Shown piece by piece: positions 59,421 to 64,000 of a DNA stretch of 64,000 nucleotides. Within the stretch, counting starts at the first letter, position 1, and each line of letters opens with the position of its first letter. Source of the stretch: Amphiscolops sp. MND2022. Its lineage: Eukaryota. The position numbers and the translations under genes are program-made. The notes beneath the pieces were generated by a model, which was given only the letters and a program-made list of their open reading frames with translations, had not been told where the DNA came from and ran no database searches. The DNA lies in NCBI GenBank assembly GCA_964187785.1, contig OZ076409.1, forward strand, positions 36,706,001 through 36,770,000, written 5' to 3'.

Positions 59421-59534
59421 GAGATCCGATTGAACAACAGTACGTTCCAGTGGTACGACAGAATCCCAGAAGTCTTTTCTGAGCACAAACTAATTATTCA
59501 GGAGAAACAGAAACAGTATGAAGAAGCACTCAAG
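59421..59534 (+). CDS. DNAH7: DNAH7-like exon
   Basis: Encodes EIRLNNSTFQWYDRI...EKQKQYEEALK; AG/GT boundaries. Confidence 0.88.
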
Positions 59535-59806
59535 GTTTGTTCAAATTCGAATTTCTTTTTGTATTTCCTAAAATTTACATGCATTTTGTAGAACTTCAAG
59601 CTTCAAGCTTCATCATTTAATTGATCTGCAGATGAGACTTTGATTCAGTCCTTAAAATTTTTTGAAAATTAAGTGAAGTTCGTTATGTTGCTTCGTGAAA
59701 TCTCAATTCAATGGATTCAATCAAGTTATTCCTACCTACATCATAATGCTCATTTTCCAAGTCCAATGACTCTTAGTATAAAGGCTAACCAAAAGTCTTC
59801 GTTCAG

Positions 59807-59953
59807 CTGCGCAGAGAACGATTCACTGAAGAACTGGACACTTACTCGAAGCAGTTGGAGGAATTCTTTGGCTTCGGTGACCTCAATGACGTCAACAAGT
59901 ATTTGAAGAAGGCTCAAGCTCTCGAACAAAAGCTGGAAGCGGCTCAGGAAAAA
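59807..59953 (+). CDS. DNAH7: DNAH7-like exon
   Basis: Encodes LRRERFTEELDTYSKQLEEF..FGDLNDVNKYLKKAQ; AG/GT boundaries. Confidence 0.9.
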
Positions 59954-60311
59954 GTAGGTTCAATCAAGTTAATATAATGAAAAATCGTTATATCCGTTAG
60001 TTTCTTGAAGTTATTGTGAAAAAGTCAGACCACACGTACTTTATTCATTTGACGATGCAAGTTTCTTGTTATCAATTGGTGCAAGTTTCCAATCAGTAGT
60101 TAAAAATGGAAGTTTTAATACCGCTGTGTTTCATCCAGAAGATAGATCCGAAAATTGTTTGAACGCGAAATCACGAACTTTTTGTGTACCTTTTAGTGTA
60201 GTACTAATGTACTTTAATGGACTGCCTCTGGTTGTCTATGTCGTGTGCGACTTATGGCAAAAAAAGAAAGAAACTTACCGTGAAAACTCAAAAAGAAATA
60301 AACTCAAAACT

Positions 60312-61569
60312 TGTAATATGTAATTTTATCTTTTGTAACTTACGCAGTTTTATCTTTATCATTTTCTCGCTCAGCTCTGAATTATGAACACGCTCGAACG
60401 TGTTCACTCCCTTGTTCAGCGACGCTACACACATTCTATATTTAGTCATGACGTCAGATGACATCATTTTGTTGTGGACGCTACGCCTGCGAATAACACA
60501 TACAAAACATTTTCGTTTGTCTAGTCATTTGACTTGACGTCATATGACGTCATGCTCGTCAGCCAATCACGATAGTGATTCAATTTTATTGGCTGACGAA
60601 GCGGTCAAATTTAGTATAAAAGCAGACCAAATTTTCAACTCTCAGAGCTCTTCTTTTGGAATAATACTAAATCGACAAACCTGACCACTCCAACCTCTCA
60701 ATCTCCTTGCACGAGTTCAACTCCCATCATCAGCGCGGCGCAGTATTTGTTAGTTAAAATCTTTTCAATCTTCTTTTCGGAGCTTTCACCTGCACTTTCA
60801 GTTTTTCTAAGTCTTTTTTCTTAACTTAAACTTAAATCAGTAATACTTAAAAGTTTACAAGTCTTGGCTCAATTTTATCTTAGACAATTTTCAACGCTGC
60901 TTCAAGTGAAGCAATTCTATCTTGAACTTTTGTCAAGCCTGCTAACTAGCTGAATTAATTTTATCTTAGACAATTTTCAACGCTGCTTCAAGTAAAGCAA
61001 TTCTATCTTAGACTATTTTCAGTCACTATTCTCGAGCCAAAACAAATTCAAGTCTGCTCTCAAGCTAGAGCAATCATTCTCTTACGTTGGAGTTTCAGTT
61101 GACTTTTGACTTCGAACAGAAGCTATTATACCGTCTTTGTTCAACAAAGATTGAATAGTCCTTGCTTTATAGTGGACTCTAAACCAAAGTCTGGTGATAT
61201 TCACTGACTCTAAACTAAAAACCACAACCTCAGCTGGGTTATAAGAAACTTAAACAACTTAGCTATTGTCTGACTCTTCAAGTCGGACCGTTCTCAAATT
61301 GAGACAAAGAGTAGCCGTATAGCGCTCTATAAAAATAGTACAACCAAGCGTTGTTCTAAAACCAAAGAATAGCAATTCGCTATCTTTCCCAGTCCGTGAC
61401 AATCGGTGGACTATAAACACCGCGCAAGCTTTTAGCTGCACTTAGAAAAGAGGCCTAACCTCTGACTTGATAAAACAGAATTCAATAAAAAACTTTACAG
61501 CCTCTTTCCTAGTAACTTGACTCAATAACCCTTTCCTAGTAACTTAACTTACTGGAAGGCATTATAACA
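60312..61569 (+). mobile_element. Probable solo LTR (boundaries approximate)
   Basis: TG...CA ends, TATAAAA (60616), CCAAT boxes, TGACGTCA three times, and AATAAA near the 3' end. Repeated ttctatcttaga motifs are shared with the 1.5-kb LTRs. The TSD is not clean. Confidence 0.45.
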
Positions 61570-61900
61570 AAAATTTGAAGTACAAGACTTCTTATTTATT
61601 TCAAGTAAGAAATCAGAAGAGAAGTGAACTAAGAGTTCACGAAGTAGACTATAATTGAGACTTATAATTAGCACTGTTCATGAATTCAAAGAGAAAAACT
61701 GAAGGAAGAAAAATCACTTATTTTGAATATTCTTAGAGAGCTTTTGCTAATTGGAAGAAGGATATAGATTTATCAATTTTCCTACCAACTTAACAAGCAC
61801 TTCACATCTATAATGCATGAATAAATTAGTTAGACTTAGACCCCTCGTTTGGAAGAAACCCTGCATTTAGTCTCAAATAATTAGAAAAAGGTTAAAAGAA

Positions 61901-62400
61901 AACAAGACGGGAACGTCTCAAGTCGGCGCTATATCTAAGTCTCAAAAAGCGCAAAACATTTTTTTGGAAAAAACTTGAAATTTTCGAAAAAAATTTTCTT
62001 TCGGAAAATGTCGCGTAGTGCCGAAAAATGTAAAATGGGGGACCCTTTTTGATTTATAAACACACATTCTGTTGTAAAATAACAAAAAACTCCAAGGGGG
62101 GACCCTTTGGGGACATTAAAAAATTTCGAAAAAAAAGTCGCACAGTGCCGAAAAAAATTCAAAGGGGGGACCCTGTAGTTCCGTCCGGTTTTGTATCTTA
62201 CGTTAAAAATTGAGTACACGAAAGGGGGGACCCTTTGCAGTAACTCAGATATGATTCCGCTTGCCGGTGCAGTACTTTTAGTAGTTCTGTAAAAAGTGTC
62301 CACTACGCATACATTCTGTGGTCTGACGAAAAAAAAAAGAAAAAAAAACTTGCCACTGTAATAGTCGGGCTCATTTTCTTCTAAAATGCGCCGACTAAAA
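61901..62400 (-). mobile_element. Helentron/HINE-like repeat, best-preserved copy
   Basis: Read on the minus strand: TTTT-AGTCGGCGC ... GCGCCGACT, then hairpin AGACG-TTCC-CGTCT, then TGTT. Confidence 0.65.
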
Positions 62401-62492
62401 AACTAGATTAAATTAGACACCGGGCAAGATAAGGTCGAACAGTTCATCACTGTTTTTCATATGCTATTCGAACCGAATGTCTATCTTCGTAG

Positions 62493-62812
62493 ATCGAGCA
62501 GTTCAACCTGGAAGAAGAGTCGTTTGGCTGGGAGACGACCAACTACCCCATGCGACAGGACTTGTGGAACAAACTCATGCCCTACTTGAGTCTCTACTCC
62601 AGCTCTGTCAAGTACCTGGATTACTACCAGGAGTGGACGACTGGATGTTACAACAAAGTGGATCCGGACCTTGTTGAGTCAGAAGTGGGTAACTTGTGGA
62701 GATTGCTTTACAAACTGGAAAAGACCACTGAGTCCCCAGTTGCGAAGGAAATGGCGGGAAAAGTGAAACAGAAAGTTGAAGATTTCAAGGAACATCTTCC
62801 CCTCATTTCAAG
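62493..62812 (+). CDS. DNAH7: DNAH7-like exon
   Basis: Encodes IEQFNLEEESFGW...PYLSLY...LYKLEKT...KVEDFKEHLPLI. Confidence 0.9.
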
Positions 62813-64000
62813 GTTATTGTTTTGCTGTGATAATTTCTGAGTTTGACTTTTGGTTCACTGAGATTTTTCACCCCAAATATGTCTGCGTCTTATCATGTCA
62901 CTGACGTGATTCATCAGCAACTGAAATACTTTAAAACTGTCAATGTTTTCATGATTGTTCATGCTTCGAGCTGGATAGTAGTACATTGAACTGAATTGTA
63001 GTACGTTGACATAGAACTTTCAATTGAAGTAAAAGAAGTCAATCTTTTACATTTTGGCGCTCCTACAAATCCTTCTCCAACCTTCAACGCCGAGTTTTTT
63101 TCTGCTGCTTTCTGCACCCTTCTCCACTGTTAGTGTGTTCCAATTTCTTGAGCAAAAAGAAATCGACCCTCATTTCCCTTCTCTGTTTTGGAAGAAAGAC
63201 TACAGACAGCCTTTTTTTCGTCTTTTTTTCTACAAAAAGATCTCTTCAACAGTAAAGTCAAAACCCTCTTCAGCAGTTTTTTCGATGGCAAAGCCAGCTA
63301 CTAGCTTCCAAAGTTTCGACTACCCAGAAACAACTTCTTCAACCTTTCGCCTTTTTTCACCTTTACCCTTGCTGCACTGAAGAGAGTGCTAGGAGAAAAA
63401 AGAACAAACAAAAAAGTTCATTTTTAGGAATATTTTTTGTCTTAGTTTTGGTTCTGCCTTTTCAAGTAGCGATCTCTAATACAAGAGCGGTGTGAAAAAA
63501 TTTAAAAGACAAAAAGTAACGAAAGCACTTTACAAGGCCACTTTTGCCTAGGGGCTCAAAAGAACCCCCCTTTTCATCGCCAACCGAAAGTTTTTCTTTT
63601 TCATCGCTGAGTTTAGGAATAGCTTCGTCCAGTTTTCGTCCTGTTGAATCCAGCTGCGTCCTGAACAGGTAAGTAAAACAGAATCGCCGTTCTGTTCCGT
63701 GTTTTAAGTCTTTTCAGCCTTTTTTGTCGGTTCCCTTGCGGTTCGCTCGGTCCGTCTTCGCTCCTCAAAACAGCGATTTCACTAGCTTCAACCAGCGCAT
63801 CGGTCTACCATTCATCTCTCTCATTGTATTTTTTTCCGTCGTGGTTGCGAATCGAACGGTTTTCTTGTTCCGTAAGTTGTCTCTTACCATTCTTTGTGTC
63901 AACGCAGCAGAGCTACAGTCAAAAGATTGTCCTCCATCGAAAGATTCAGCCAGCTTTTCTACAAACAACAACCAACCACAGTGCATCAAAGCTGACAACT

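Noticed and set aside
59034..59486. ORFs spanning the N run
   Set aside because: Artefacts of the assembly gap.
63054..63998. ORFs at the window end
   Set aside because: No recognisable domain and no similarity to the next expected dynein exon.

Overview
This is animal genomic DNA (AT-rich, spliceosomal introns, one 200-N gap) with a nested layout. Eight + strand exons encode part of an axonemal dynein heavy chain tail (DNAH7-like). One 46-kb dynein intron (6231-52386) holds an antisense LRR-Ig-FN3-TM receptor gene whose first exon I could not locate. Introns of that gene hold two Ty3/Gypsy-type LTR elements. One is a decayed 5.8-kb Mag-like element (10233-16049). The other is a very young, apparently intact 17.8-kb endogenous retrovirus-like element (21870-39677) with 1.5-kb LTRs, a CAAT target-site duplication, a PBS and a PPT. 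This large element is the main discovery candidate. It carries gag, a -1 frameshifted pol containing a TARG1-like macrodomain, and four small orphan ORFs that look paralogous. It also has an antisense ORF, a triplicated pseudoknotted RNA element with covariation, a chuvirus/gB-like (class III) envelope gene, and a captured RING-less TRAF gene with an N-terminal PAM2 motif. The window also contains a TLC-domain gene fragment, a nested Tc1 (DD34E) fossil, MITEs, a Helentron/HINE-like dispersed repeat and a probable solo LTR. All homology calls are by-eye motif recognition; no database searches were run.
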